NCBI RefSeq assembly: GCF_009914755.1
Contig: NC_060927.1
Strand: one strand, 5' to 3'
Source: the human T2T-CHM13v2.0 reference genome, Homo sapiens
Length of the DNA: 64,000 nucleotides
Shown here: positions 1-18,900 of the stretch, in pieces
Layout of the letters: each line of letters begins with the position of its first letter
Position numbering within the stretch: position 1 is the stretch's first letter
The notes under the pieces: model-generated
What the model was told of the DNA's origin: nothing
Seen by the model: only the letters and a program-made list of their open reading frames with translations
Databases searched by the model: none
Program-made: the position numbers and the translations under genes

Positions 1-233
1 CCAAAAATCGTTGTCTACTCTTGAATGAAGCCCCATTGTGTATCACACTGCTCGAATTGCTTATTAAACAGAATTATTATTTTATAGTTTTAAAAATAAA
101 AAGAATAATTTCACAACTTCCTCTCATGCCTTTATGGGAAGAGTGATGACTGCAAATCTGAATCCTTTTTTCCCCCTCCCCTCTTTTGTCTTAATGACTG
201 TTAATTCTTTCTCTAAGCTTATTGAGTAGTGTA

Positions 234-836
234 TTTTTTTTTTTTTTTTGAGATACGGTTTCACTCTGTCACCCTGGTTGGAGTGCAGTGGCATGATCTC
301 GGCTCACTGAAACCTCCACCTCCTGGGTTCAAGTGATCCTCCCACCTCAGCCTCCCGAGTAGCTGGGACTACAGGCATGCGTCACCATACCTAGCTAATT
401 TTTATGTTTTGGTAGAGACAGGGTTTCACCATGTTGACTAGGCTGGTCTCAAACTCCTGACCAAGTGATCCACCTGCCTTGGCCTCCCAAAGTGCTGGCA
501 TTACAGGCGTGAGCCATCACGGCTGGCTGGAGCAGTGTATTTTTTTTTTTTTTTTTGAGACGGAGTCTCACTCTGTCGCCCAGGCTGGAGTGCAGTGGCG
601 CGATCTTGGCTCACTGCAAGCTCTGTCTCCCAGGTTGACGCCATTCTCCTGCCTCAGCCTCCCGAGTAGCTGGGACTACAGGTGCCCGCCACCACACCCA
701 GCTAATTTTTGTATTTTTAGTAGAGACGGGGTTTCACTGTGTTAGTCAGGAAGGTCTTGATCTCCTGAGCTTGTGATCCACCCTCCTCGGCCTCCCAAAT
801 TGCTGGGATTGCAGGCATGAGCCACTGCGCCCAGCC
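234..836 (-). mobile_element. Two tandem Alus (234-529, 540-836)
   Basis: Antisense Alu bodies with poly-T; shared target sequence GAG(C/T)AGTGTATTTTT at 224, 530 and 837. Confidence 0.95.
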
Positions 837-1618
837 GAGCAGTGTATTTTTAAAAAAATGTTTTATGGAAAATTTCAGCTATGCACAAAAGTAGAGAGAA
901 TAGCACAGTGAACACTTGTGTACCTGTCACCCGACTACAACAATCATCAACTCATGGTCAGTCCTTGTGGAGCTGTGGTTCCACTGCCATGTTATTGTTT
1001 AACAGCTTTATTGAGATACAACTTAATATCAAAAGAGTCGTTCTTTTTAAGTGTGTGCAATTCAGTGATTTTTAGTAAACTGATAGAGTTGTGCAGCCAT
1101 CACTGTAATCCAATTTTTGACACTTCTGTCACACCCCCCCCAAAAGATCCCTCGTACTTGTTTGCTCCCATATTGTTGTGAAGCAGATCCTGCGCTGTTT
1201 CATCTCATCTGCAATCATTACATAATGTGTATAAATTGCTGGCCAGCGTGTCTGCTTGTCATGGCGGTGCCTGCTCAGGCCATCCCCATTCTGCTTATGC
1301 CTTTATAAAATCACATGTGTTCAGGGCTGCTCCCTATTACAAACCCCAGAGAGCCTGCACTGAGCCTGCTGGCCATTTTTACTGTTGAGAATTCGATTCA
1401 ACCCCAGATTCAGTTCTACATGACTTATTGACATCCTACTATGTGCTGGGCACTAGGGACACCACAGTGAATCCATGTAGTCTCTGCTGTGTGCACTTAA
1501 GGTCAGACTGTACACACAGTTGATGATGCAGTGGGTCAGAGGCAGCCTCGATGGGATGTGCGCTTAGTAGCCTGCTTGTCTCCAACTGAAGCATCATTCT
1601 GGCCTGATCTACATCTGA

Positions 1619-1619
<1 letters not shown>

Positions 1620-1675
<56 letters not shown>
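1620..1675. repeat. (TG)28 microsatellite
   Basis: Perfect dinucleotide run. Confidence 0.98.
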
Positions 1676-1676
<1 letters not shown>

Positions 1677-1834
1677 CACAGCTCTCCTGATGACCCTTTG
1701 CTTCTGAGTGTAAAGCCCCTACTTGTTTCAGGATGGACAGGAGAGAGTGAACGTGCTGCTGTCATCCCACGTGTTAGAGATAAGACTTTGCCCCAGGGTG
1801 ATGGTTTTGTGTTTCTTTACTCACCTCTCCTCTA

Positions 1835-2120
1835 GACAGTACGTGGAGAGGGAGTAAGAACATCGCCTAGCACAATGCCTGGGCCATAAAAGGATATAAA
1901 ATTGCATTTGTTCATTCATTCACTTATTCAGCAAATATCTATGGAGAACCAATATACCATTCAAGGTTTCTGGCATGGGAAAACAACAGTGAACACAACA
2001 GATCATCATGGAACTTACGTTCAGGGGTGACAGACAGTAAGCAGACAGGTAAAATATACAACTTCCTGGGCAGTGATAAGGGCTTTGAAGCAGAATGATT
2101 GAATTGAGTGGCACCTACAA
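1835..2120. mobile_element. L2 remnants
   Basis: gcctagcacaatgcctgggccata; cattcattcacttattcagcaaatatctatggag...aacagtgaacacaacag. Confidence 0.6.
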
Positions 2121-2619
2121 ATGAGAAAATGTCTTTTTAAGAGGCAGAGGATAAAACTATATGTACAGTATGATCCCGTTTTTGAAAAGAGGAAATAGTA
2201 CGTATGTGCTTGAAACATACAAACATGGAAAGAAATACCTCGAAATGCCAGGGGAGGTGGTTATCTCTGAGGAGTAGCATTATGGGTAATTTTTGTTTTC
2301 TTAAATAGACACCTGCCTGAATTAATTTCTATAATGAGCAAGTATTGATTCTATAATTGGAGTAACACTTTTTTTTTTTAAGCAAGAGACTTGACATGAG
2401 CAACATATCTAATGGGCTGAGCCTTGTGAGTTGGAGTCCCAGAGCCCTGCTGGCCAGTGTGAGGGAATCTGAGGCAGTGTTAAACTATGGACTTGCCTTC
2501 TGTCACCCAGCTCTCAGTGCTCACTCCCAGGTGGGACCAGACAGAATTTAGGCCCTCGACTGAAAACAGAGGCCAGAAGCTGGGACAGGGGGCTCTGTAT
2601 ACAAGCAAGTGCAGCCTGC

Positions 2620-3725
2620 AATGGAGCAGCATAGTGGTTAGGAACAAGGACTCTGCAGCTGCAGGCCAGGGTCCCAGGCCTGGCTCCTTAACCTGGCTGT
2701 GTGACTTTGAGCAAATTACTTGACCTTGTGTGCCTCAGTTTCCACATAAAAAGATGATAGTAGTACTTACCTCCTAGGACTGTTGCGATGAACTTAGTTA
2801 AAAATTTCAGGCCGGGCACAGTGGCTCACGCCTGTAATCCCAACACTTTGGGAGACCGAGGTGAGCAAATAACTTGAGGCCAGGAGTTCAAGACCAGCCC
2901 GGTCAACACTGCTGACTTCAGAGGAGACACCTCCTACCCTGGGGGTGGGTACAAGCTCAAACCACCGAGTTGTTTCAGCCCAAGCTCGCTTCTTGAGGCC
3001 TCCCTCTGGGATATGCTCCCTCTTCTGAGCCTTGGATTCAGATAGACCTGGATTTGCTTCTTGGTTCCACCATTTGCCATCTAGGTGATCTTCCTTGGGC
3101 AAGTGACCTGCCCTTGGTTCTCACTTTCTTTAGATCTGTGAATTGGGCAGAGTGCCACCTGGCCACAGTTGTGAGGATTAAATGTACCAGCATTGCACTG
3201 CCTGGTACCTAGCGGGTATTCAGTAGATGGTTGCCACTCCACTTGCCTCCTCCCACCACAGGCTTCCCAAATCACTTCCTGGCCTTCCAAACCTTCTGCC
3301 CTGCCTCAGCGAGTGCTTCCTTCACCCCTGGGGGTTCCCATGGCCCTGACCCCCAGACATCTTCCCCGCCCATTCCTCTCTATGCTGTTCACTTTTGGTG
3401 ACCACATGTCAATAACCAGTGGTGAGGCTGGGGTACCCTTTGGAGCCACAGCCTCTATGGTGCGGGACATCATTGCTATGGCAACAAGAGGCAGCAGCCC
3501 TGAAGAGGTGCCTGCTGAGCCGGGCTGCCTGGGTCCCAGCTCTGGCTCCGGATGCACTAGTTGTAGGATCAGCTCAAATCACTCAATGTCTCTGTGTCTC
3601 ACCTTCCTTTTTGTACAGTGAGGAGAGTAATAGTGCCTACCTTGTAAGCTTGTGAGGATAAGATGGCCACACAGATGTAAGGCACATAGAGCTTGGTGCA
3701 CGGTGAGCGTACAATCAGGGTTAGT
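2620..3725. repeat. Cluster of three MIR fragments plus a partial Alu left arm (2810-2910)
   Basis: MIR core motifs ctgtgtgactttgagcaaattact...gcctcagtttcc (2697), ccttgggcaagtgac...gttgtgaggattaaatg (3092), gtgaggataagatg (3652). Confidence 0.65.
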
Positions 3726-4865
3726 GATTACTTTTGCTCTTCTTGTCATCCTAGGATTCATGCTGATAGCCATAGCAGATACCCTTCTCTTTGGGGTTCA
3801 ACCCTCAATGCCCTGTGCCATCCCCACATTGTGTCAGCTGCCCTTGGTCCCCTCTGATGACCTACTCCTCCAGGGATTTTCTTGTGGAGATGACCGTCCA
3901 CAGCCCCGTCCTTTCGCTCCCATGCCTATCTAAAGAATTATGTCCTCCTGTAGTGATGACAAGAGTGAGCAGCAGAAAATGCTCTTTTTGCAGTCTTGAA
4001 ATTTAGTCAGCCCCAAAAGAAACCAGGAAATTGCGTCAGACACTGAAAGAGAAACAAGCTAGAGAAAAACCATTGCTTGTTGCAAACCAAAATTTGTGAT
4101 TTCAGTTCAGTTCAACACAAGCACCAAACCACCAGGTTTGCTACACAATAAGTGTCAATTTTGCTTCTTGCCCTTTTGGATGCAGTGACATTTTTGACAA
4201 GTTGAGCTTTCTAGCCCGAACTTTCTAAATGTGATCCTGATGACCTTTGCCAGTGAAGTACGGTGGTGAATCAGTGATGTGATTGTGGTACAGACCATCG
4301 GTCTGGGCTGCACCTGTTGTGAGAAATCGGTTGGGGATGAAAAGAACATGGCCTGGCTTGAATAACAAGCAGAGAATGTTCTGGCCCCATCACGAGCCAA
4401 GAATCTGGAACCTGAATCCCTACATCACAGCCACACCCTGGTAGTCTGCCTGGAGAGCCTGAATGGCACCCTCCGGGGGCATTTGATGAGTACATTCTAC
4501 CAAGTGTAAAGATGTTCTGAGGGCAGCCTCCAAAAGTCACCTCTTCTCCTGGTCACAAGGGACCTTGTGCTGGGTCCCTAATTGATGTTTGGCAAAAACA
4601 CAGCATGGTTCTCTCCTAAAGGCCTACAGACCAGTGAAGGAAGGAGATGGGCTTTTTAAATGCAAGAGTGTCATGGAGCTGTCACAGAGGATGGCAGGAT
4701 GAGCCCAGGAACCATTCATTCACCCAGTGTTGAAGGTGGCATTTCAACCAATGGGGAAAAAGTGAGCTGTCCAGAAGATAGGTTAATACAATCGATTGAC
4801 TGATTGGATACAATCAGAACCCTACTATTTGCCCTAGTTCATGCCATCTACAAAAATAAATCCCA

Positions 4866-5580
<715 letters not shown>

Positions 5581-6078
5581 AGTAATTTTGAGATAGAAAA
5601 CAAGACACAAAACCCAGAAACTATAAAAAATGATGCATAGATTTGACTGTATAAAAACTTTTAACTTTAGTCAAACAAAAGACTAAAAATAAAGGCAAAT
5701 GAGAGATGGAGAGAATATATTTGCAATGTCTATAAGAGACTAAGTAAGTTAGTATTTAGAATATAAAGAGTTCTTTGAATCCATAATAAAAATGGAAGCA
5801 ATAGAAAATTAGGCCAAGAACGTGAAAAGGCAGTAGCCAATAAACATATGAAAAGATATCCAATCCACTAGTAATTAAGGAAATGAAAATTTAAATAGTA
5901 CGATACTATTTCCATTCTTTTTAAATACTGTTAATCTGTGTTGGCAAGATTCCCTGTGGAGGGAGACAGGTATCTCTTTTGGATAACATTTTGGTAATAA
6001 ACAACAAAATCTTAAACGTGCATATGCTTTCACTCAGTAATTTCACTTCTAGGAGTCTATCAGAAATATTCATACAGA

Positions 6079-6431
<353 letters not shown>

Positions 6432-6483
6432 TTAATGAAAAACTGGAGATGTGCTAAATGCCCACCAATAAAAGATTAAGTAG

Positions 6484-6695
6484 GTCATTCTCCACCAGAG
6501 GCAATTTTGCCCCCCAGGGGACCTACAGCAATGTCTGGAGACATTTTTGGTTGTTGTAAGTGGGCAGTGGGTAAAGGCTGGCATCTCGTAGGTAAAGGCC
6601 AGGATGCTGTGATAAGACCACCTATAGGACAGCCACCTACAACAAAGAATTATCCAGCCCCGAATGTCAGTAATGCCAAGGTTGAGAAACCCTGG
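6484..6695 (+). mobile_element. MER20 (hAT-Charlie DNA transposon fossil)
   Basis: attttgccccccagggg...gcaatgtctggagacatttttggttg...acaaagaattatccagccccgaatgtcagtaatgccaaggttgagaaaccctg matches MER20. Confidence 0.88.
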
Positions 6696-8271
6696 GTTAA
6701 ATAAAGCCACTGCCATACTGGGGAATACTATATAGCCAATGAAAAGAAAAAGGTAAAATTATATTTGTATGACATTAAAGATCTCTAAGATGTATCATTT
6801 TAAAACTGCTTTTTTGAAACTTAATATGTGATTCTTACAATATAAGAAAACAAAACAAGTGGATTTTAAAACTACTAAATATCACTTCCCCTCCCCAGAG
6901 GCAAGTGCTGTTACCAGCTTCTTATGTGTCCTTCCAGAATTACCCCCAGCATGGACAAACATAGAATCTGGTTTTCGGTATGCTGCAAACAGGTGACTCT
7001 GCTGTGCAGTTACATTCAGAAACCAGTGGTGCATCATTGAGCTGCCCAAGGCCTGGAGCTCAGGACCCCGGACATATTTCCTAGATTATTCTCCCTCCCT
7101 TGGGTTTCTATGGCATTTTCATTTATAGATACAAAACAAAACTATGTGCTGGGGGGAATAGGAGCATGGGCAGGACTCTGGAGCAAGATTCTGATGTTGG
7201 TGAGTGAGACAGGACCTAGAGGAAGCCATGGGGCAGGTTTCTCAGCCAGTGGGTGTCAATGAGATTGCACAAAGGCTATTAGATGATGATGACTTTAACA
7301 GGGAGGCACGGGTGAATCTCCTTACACTCAGTGCAAAATTCAGCCAAAGTTGGGAGCATACCACATTCCTCTTCCTGTCTGCCACTGCCAAGCAGTCATT
7401 TATGGGCCCACTAACATTTACAAATGCAGGTTCCAGGCACTGCATCCTCATCTGCATCTCTGACTTTCTGAACAAGCCTGGCTTTCATCTCCTGGGGATT
7501 TCCTGGAAAGCCTCTTAGAGTTGGGTCTGAGGCTTTTGATGTTAGCTTTCATCAGTTACTTCTCCTGCTCCTGCTTTCTCTCACTGAAGTATCATTCCAA
7601 GGTCAGATGCAGGGACAGTGGGGTTGGGTGATCTACCAGCATCCAGTCCAGGGCTTCCAAAAGGAAAGGTGTCTGGTGCCATCTTTAGCCAGACACAGGC
7701 ACACTCAGTGGACCAGACTTGGCAGAGGCACGAGGGCTCAGGTCTGCTGAGGAAATGTTCCCAAGCATGGGTGGCAGGAGACAGGGTCCTGAGACCACCA
7801 GACACCTCCCCAGCCCAATCAGAAGCCGACGTCTCTTGAAAACTGCCTCTTGAGTTTTCTGTAGAGATTTTTCATCGTAGACCTCAAAATCTCATTTCTT
7901 TCTGGAAGGATGCTCAGCCAGGCTGAGAACCTGGGCAAACTTTCTGGCACCTGGCTGGTTGCGGGTGTACACTCAAGCTGCAACCAGACTAGTTTGGTTC
8001 CAGAGTCCTCAGGGGACCATCACTTTTCTCAGATCATGTCAGCTTCCTTCATCTCTTGTGAAATTTAAACCCTCTGCTCCTTCCAAAAAATCATGTCTTC
8101 TTTCTAGTAAGAATTCTGACAGAATGGAGTCAGAAAGGACACAGGTTCCAGGGAGTGATGTTTCTTATCTGGAATTCTAATTCCAGTGATTCTGTGGTAT
8201 CATGGCTGGTCTGTGGGACCCTTGCTTTGAGTTGAGGGCTCTTGCAGTGTTACTTTTAAACCCCTGGACAT

Positions 8272-8882
<611 letters not shown>

Positions 8883-9239
8883 TTATGTTAGATATTTTAT
8901 TTTTATGACAGTTCAATATAAAAGAACAAACCGTTACGAGAGGAGCTAGAAGGCACCTTAAGAGGCAAGTGAACCCTTTGGACAGCATCACTTTGAAGTT
9001 ACTCTACACAGAAACATCTGTCTTCCAGGAGCCTCCCAGCTGCTTCACTCCGTCCTGAAGTCAGAACCCCTACCTCCAGTCCTCTCTGAATTCAGGCGTG
9101 TTTGTGCATTTGCTTTTCTAACTGGGAACACGAAGACACCTGAGAGGGTTGGAGCTGGCGGGAGGAGGGCAGGGATAAACACCCCAGCGCCTTTTCCCCA
9201 CTATTGTCTTGTTCTTTCTTCCACTTCACCTTTGCTTTC

Positions 9240-9352
9240 TTTTTTAACTTGTATATTAAGTTCAGGGGTACTTGTGTAGGTTTCTTATATGGTAAACTTG
9301 TGTCATGGGAGGGGGTTGTTGTACAGATTATTTTGTCACCCAGGAATTAAGC
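9240..9352 (-). mobile_element. L1P 3' end fragment
   Basis: aagttcaggggtacttgtgtaggtttcttatatggtaaacttgtgtcatggg...gtacagattattttgtcacccagg. Confidence 0.75.
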
Positions 9353-10764
9353 TTCTAAATAATTCAGGGGGCCCCAGCATTTGCAGAAGTTACCTACTGG
9401 CTTTAGAAGAATTTCTGAAAAGTTTGATGTCAGTCAAATCTTTTTTTTTTTTTTAACTTAATATGCTGGCTAAGATGCTGGCTATTTAAAGTTGGAATGA
9501 ATGAATCCCTGGGCAAAAAGGAAGCTTTTAGGAGCACGCATAAGCACACACCATACTCTGGCTAAATTAGATTTTCTAAAATTGGGCTTTCCTAAAGAAA
9601 GTCATATGGTAGATGGCCATAGGCCCAGTGAACCGAATTCAGAAAGTGTTATTTCATGAGCAAGTTTCCCAGAAAGGTTCGAGATGTTTCTGATAGAGCA
9701 GGAATGTACTTCCTACTACACAGTACTCAGCCCTGGAGGCTCAGAGCAGGAAGACCTGACCTGCACAGGCCCCTTTTGTTGGCTGGGAAACTTCCACATC
9801 CCTGTGTCACCATGAAAAAGAGCTAACTTTGTCTTCAACGACGAGTTGGAAAATTATTTTAATCTCTGCATTAAACTAGATGCAAAATTGCCTCTCTACC
9901 TAGGAATCACGCTGCATAATCCCACATTATCTGCATTTTCAGTCATGCCTTGAATAATGATACTTGAGTTCTTGAGGAGGTCATTGTGGGGCTGGGAAGA
10001 CCCCTAGACTTCCCCATGTAGATGTGGCCTGGAAGTAAGACTAACGTAGCAGCAAAGCCCTGGCGATCATGCACACTCCTGAGTAAGGCAGAGGTGTGAA
10101 TCATTATATCACCATGGCTGGCTAGCTTCAGAGGAACCGAAAAAATGAAAACACTTGCGTTGCTCATTAGCAAAGGGAAATACACAAATGTTGAGGGACT
10201 CTTTGTGTCACAGCCACACTCTTCTGTTTCGATCTGGTAAGCAGAGCACTCTCCATACCTGCTTCAAGCTTCCAGCTGAGAGTTCTCTTTTAGCTGTTGT
10301 ACCTATTGCTGAGGATCTTGATAGTGGGCTAGCAACAAGGGGCTTTAGAAAATAAGAGCATTTCAGCATCAACTGTTTTAACTGGAGTTAGATCCATTTT
10401 GTGATTTGATTTGATTTTTATTTTTTTAGAGACAGACTTTCACTCTGTCTTGCAGGCTGGAGTGCAGTGACGTGATAATAGCTCACTGCAACCTCAACCT
10501 CCTAGGCTCAATTGATCCTCCCACCTCAGCCTCCTAAGTTGCTGAGACCACAGGTGCATGCCACCACGCCCAGCTAGTTTTTGTATTTTTTGTAGAGACA
10601 GGGTCTTGCTTGTTGCCCAGGCTGGTCTCAAACTCCTGGCTTCAGGTGATCCACCCGCCTTGGCCTCCCAAAGTGCTGGGATTGCAGGCGTGAGCCTGGG
10701 ATGCCAGGCATGCACCAGGCCCCATTTTGTGATTTAATTCTCATTGTAGACTGACATTTTCTAT

Positions 10765-10985
10765 AGCAGAATTTTTCAACAGTAGTACTGTAGTTGAGGG
10801 GCCACATTTGGGGCTGGAGATGGGTAACTCTTTACTATGGGAGCTCTCCTATTTATTGCAGGGTGCTTAGCAGCACCCTGGGCCTCTACCCACTAAATGC
10901 CAGTAGCAACCCCCATCCCCGCAAATTGTGTAAACCAAAAATATATACACACATTGCCAAATGTCCCATAGGACACAAAATCATA
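10765..10985 (-). mobile_element. MER20 (reverse orientation)
   Basis: ggcctctacccactaaatgccagtagca...accaaaaat...cattgccaaatgtcccat is the reverse complement of MER20. Confidence 0.8.
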
Positions 10986-11027
10986 TACCCATACGCTAAC
11001 ACACCCATACACTAACACCACACGCAT

Positions 11028-11051
11028 ACACACACACACACACACACACAC
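11028..11051. repeat. (AC)12 microsatellite
   Basis: Perfect dinucleotide run directly upstream of an Alu. Confidence 0.95.
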
Positions 11052-12109
11052 TTTAAGACTCGCTGCTCTGGCCAGGCGTGGTGGCTCACACCTGTAATCA
11101 CAGCACTTTGGGGAGCTGGGGCAGGCAGATTACTTGAGTTCAGGAGTTTAAGACCAGTCTGGCCAACATGGTGGAACCCCCTCTCTACTAAAAATGCAAA
11201 AATTAGCTGGGCATGGTGGTGCATACCTGTAGTCCCAGCTACTCTGGAGGCTGAGGCAAGAGAATCGCTTGAATCTCGTAGGCAGAGTTGCAGTGAGCCA
11301 AGATCATGCTACTGCACTCCAGCCTGGGCAACAGAGTGAGACTCCATCTCAAAAAAAAAAGAATCACCCCTCCATAGGAGAGAGGCAGTGTATAAAATAA
11401 TCTTTTTTCTAAATTGGTTGTGCATTTTAAATAGATTCCTGGCTGGAAACAATGGCTTACGTCCATAATCCCAGCACTTTGGGAGGCCAAGGCAGGGGGA
11501 TTGCTTGAGCTCAGGAGTTTGAAACCAGCCTGGGCCACATGGCAAAACCCCGTCTCTACTACAAATATGAAAATTAGCCAGGCATGATGGCACACGCCTG
11601 TAATCCTAGCTACTTGAGAAGCTAAGGTGGGAGGATGACTTGAGCCCAGGAAGCAGAGGTTGCAGTGAGCTGAGATTGGTTCACTGCACTCCTGCCTGGG
11701 GAACAGAGCCAGACTCTATCTCAGAAAAACAAAAACTAAATAACTAAATAAATAAGTAGATTCTAAGATTTTACACACATTGAATCCCGTGTGTTACTGG
11801 TTTGTTCCCTACATGGAGTAGACAGGTTTTCTCTTTGGCCTTCACGGAAGCTCAGACTGTTACTCATTCTACTTTCTTGTACTCATGCATTGCTAATAGT
11901 TTTCATCTGGTTATTAATTCAGTAGCAGGCCGTTAAGCATGTTCACTCGTGCTGAGATATTTCTTAGTGAGCTCTCACCACATGCCCTGATGGTGAGCAG
12001 CCTCACCTCTTAAACAGGATTCCTGCATGGTTGAGAACCCGTCCACCTTTCTCGGCTTGTTATGATCAGAGCTTACACTTTTGGGAGGTAGAACTGCATC
12101 TGACATGGA

Positions 12110-12310
12110 GGAACATGGTCCTTAGAGTCAGACAGACCTGGATTCAAATCCCACTTCTGCTTACAAGCCAGATAGCCTTGGACTGATGATTGAACCTGCA
12201 TGCCTCCGTTTCCCCTTATGAACATGGGGATGATTTTGTCTACCTGGCAGGGTTCTGCATGGCCTTAGCGAGATCACGTATGTCAGACATCAGTAAATGG
12301 TAACTTGTTA
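12110..12310. mobile_element. MIR
   Basis: agagtcagacagacctggattcaaatcccacttctgc...gcctccgtttcccc. Confidence 0.65.
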
Positions 12311-12784
12311 TCTGTCAGTTGATAGCTGTAAGGTATGAATTACCATCTTTGTAGGTCAAAAACCATCAAATATTGGCAACTTCGTACAATTGGGCCTAAT
12401 ATGTAAACCCCAGGTCACCATCACGCTGTCCTCTTTGCTCTATGGATATCCAGCAGATGAAAGGGATGGTTCTGCTTTGTTATTTTCTTGTTTTCCTGCT
12501 TCTTCTGAGGGGGCTTCCCGCTGGCACAATCTAACAAACTTCAGAGAGGACGAAGTCAGTCTCTGCTGTCATCAGTGTTCACAGACAGTAGTTTCAAAGT
12601 GTGTACCACATGAAGTTGCAGTCTTCCAACCTTCCAGCCAGTGTGTATGGAAATAACCTGAATTGTATTAATAGCAGTTCTTCAATGTGGGCCTGCTGGG
12701 GGATGCTTGGTTGTTTTCCGTTGTTTGTTCCCTGGGTGCCCGTCTTGGGCAAGCATTTCTCTGATGTCTCTATTTATGTGGCAG

Positions 12785-12958
12785 GTCACCCTGCTGATTG
12801 CCTTCATCTGTGTGCGGAGCTCCCTGTGGACCAACTACAGCGCCTACAGCTACTTTGAAGTGGTCACCATTTGCGACTTGATAATGATCCTCGCCTTTTA
12901 CCTGGTCCACCTCTTCCGCTTCTACCGCGTGCTCACCTGTATCAGCTGGCCCCTGTCG
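12785..12958 (+). CDS. CMTM7: CMTM7 coding exon 2 (CKLF-like MARVEL transmembrane domain-containing 7)
   Basis: Acceptor ggcag|GTC at 12784/5 and donor TCG|gtaaga at 12958/9; 174 nt, phase 0-0. Translates [58 protein letters not shown], a MARVEL TM region recognised as CMTM7. Confidence 0.96.
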
Positions 12959-13173
12959 GTAAGAGAGTGGTCTGGCCCTGTCCTCCGCATGCACAAGTCA
13001 GGATGTTAGCTAGAGTACTGAGACCTGACAGAGTTTTTCCCGTCTGCCCATCTCACCTCTTTAACCATTCTTTGCTGCCTCTGCCCTGAATTTCCTATTG
13101 TTTGGTGGACATCTCTGCTTGATGTCCTGCTGGTTTTTAAAACTCACTTTCCAGCTACAAGAAGGCTGTGGCT

Positions 13174-13466
13174 GGCCGGGCGCGGTGGCTCACGCTGGTA
13201 ATCCCAGCACTTTGGGAGGCTGAGGCGGGCGGATCACGAGGTCAGGAGTTCGAGACCACGGTGAAACCCCGTCTCTACTAAAAAATACAAAAAATCAGCC
13301 GGGCGTGGTGGCGGGTGCCTGTAGTCCCAGCTACTCAGAGAGGCTGAGGCAGGAGAATGGCGTGAACCCGGGAGGCGGAGCTTGCAGTGAGCCGAGATCG
13401 AGCCACTGCACTCCAGCCTGGGTGACAGAGCGAGACTCCTCTCAAAAAAAAAAAAAAAAAAAAAAG
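13174..13466 (+). mobile_element. AluY of the Yd lineage
   Basis: 12-bp left-arm deletion (GAGACCA^CGGTGAAACCCCG); 15-bp TSD aagaaggctgtggct (13159, 13467); CpG-rich; long pure A tail. Confidence 0.85.
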
Positions 13467-13689
13467 AAGAAGGCTGTGGCTATTGCCCCATGCTTACTTT
13501 CTCAAGCAACAGAGAATGGCTGTGTGTGTATGAGTTGGGAAAAGGAACACGGAAGGAAATTGTAGGTGAAGATGATGGGTATTGATGCTGTTGTGAGGAT
13601 TGAATGATAGGATTTTCTGGCTAAAAGAGACTAGTGGGGGCTGAGGAGACAGTCAGAAGTTGCCAGACTTTTTCTTCCCACTGTATTAT

Positions 13690-18900
<5,211 letters not shown>

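Larger units (their letters stand above)
10410..11755. mobile_element. Alus: ~10410-10710 (-), 11070-11361 (+), 11440-11755 (+)
   Basis: Alu consensus matches. Confidence 0.9.

Noticed and set aside
1439-1765. ORF with an (HT)n repeat
   Set aside because: Translation of the (TG)28 microsatellite.
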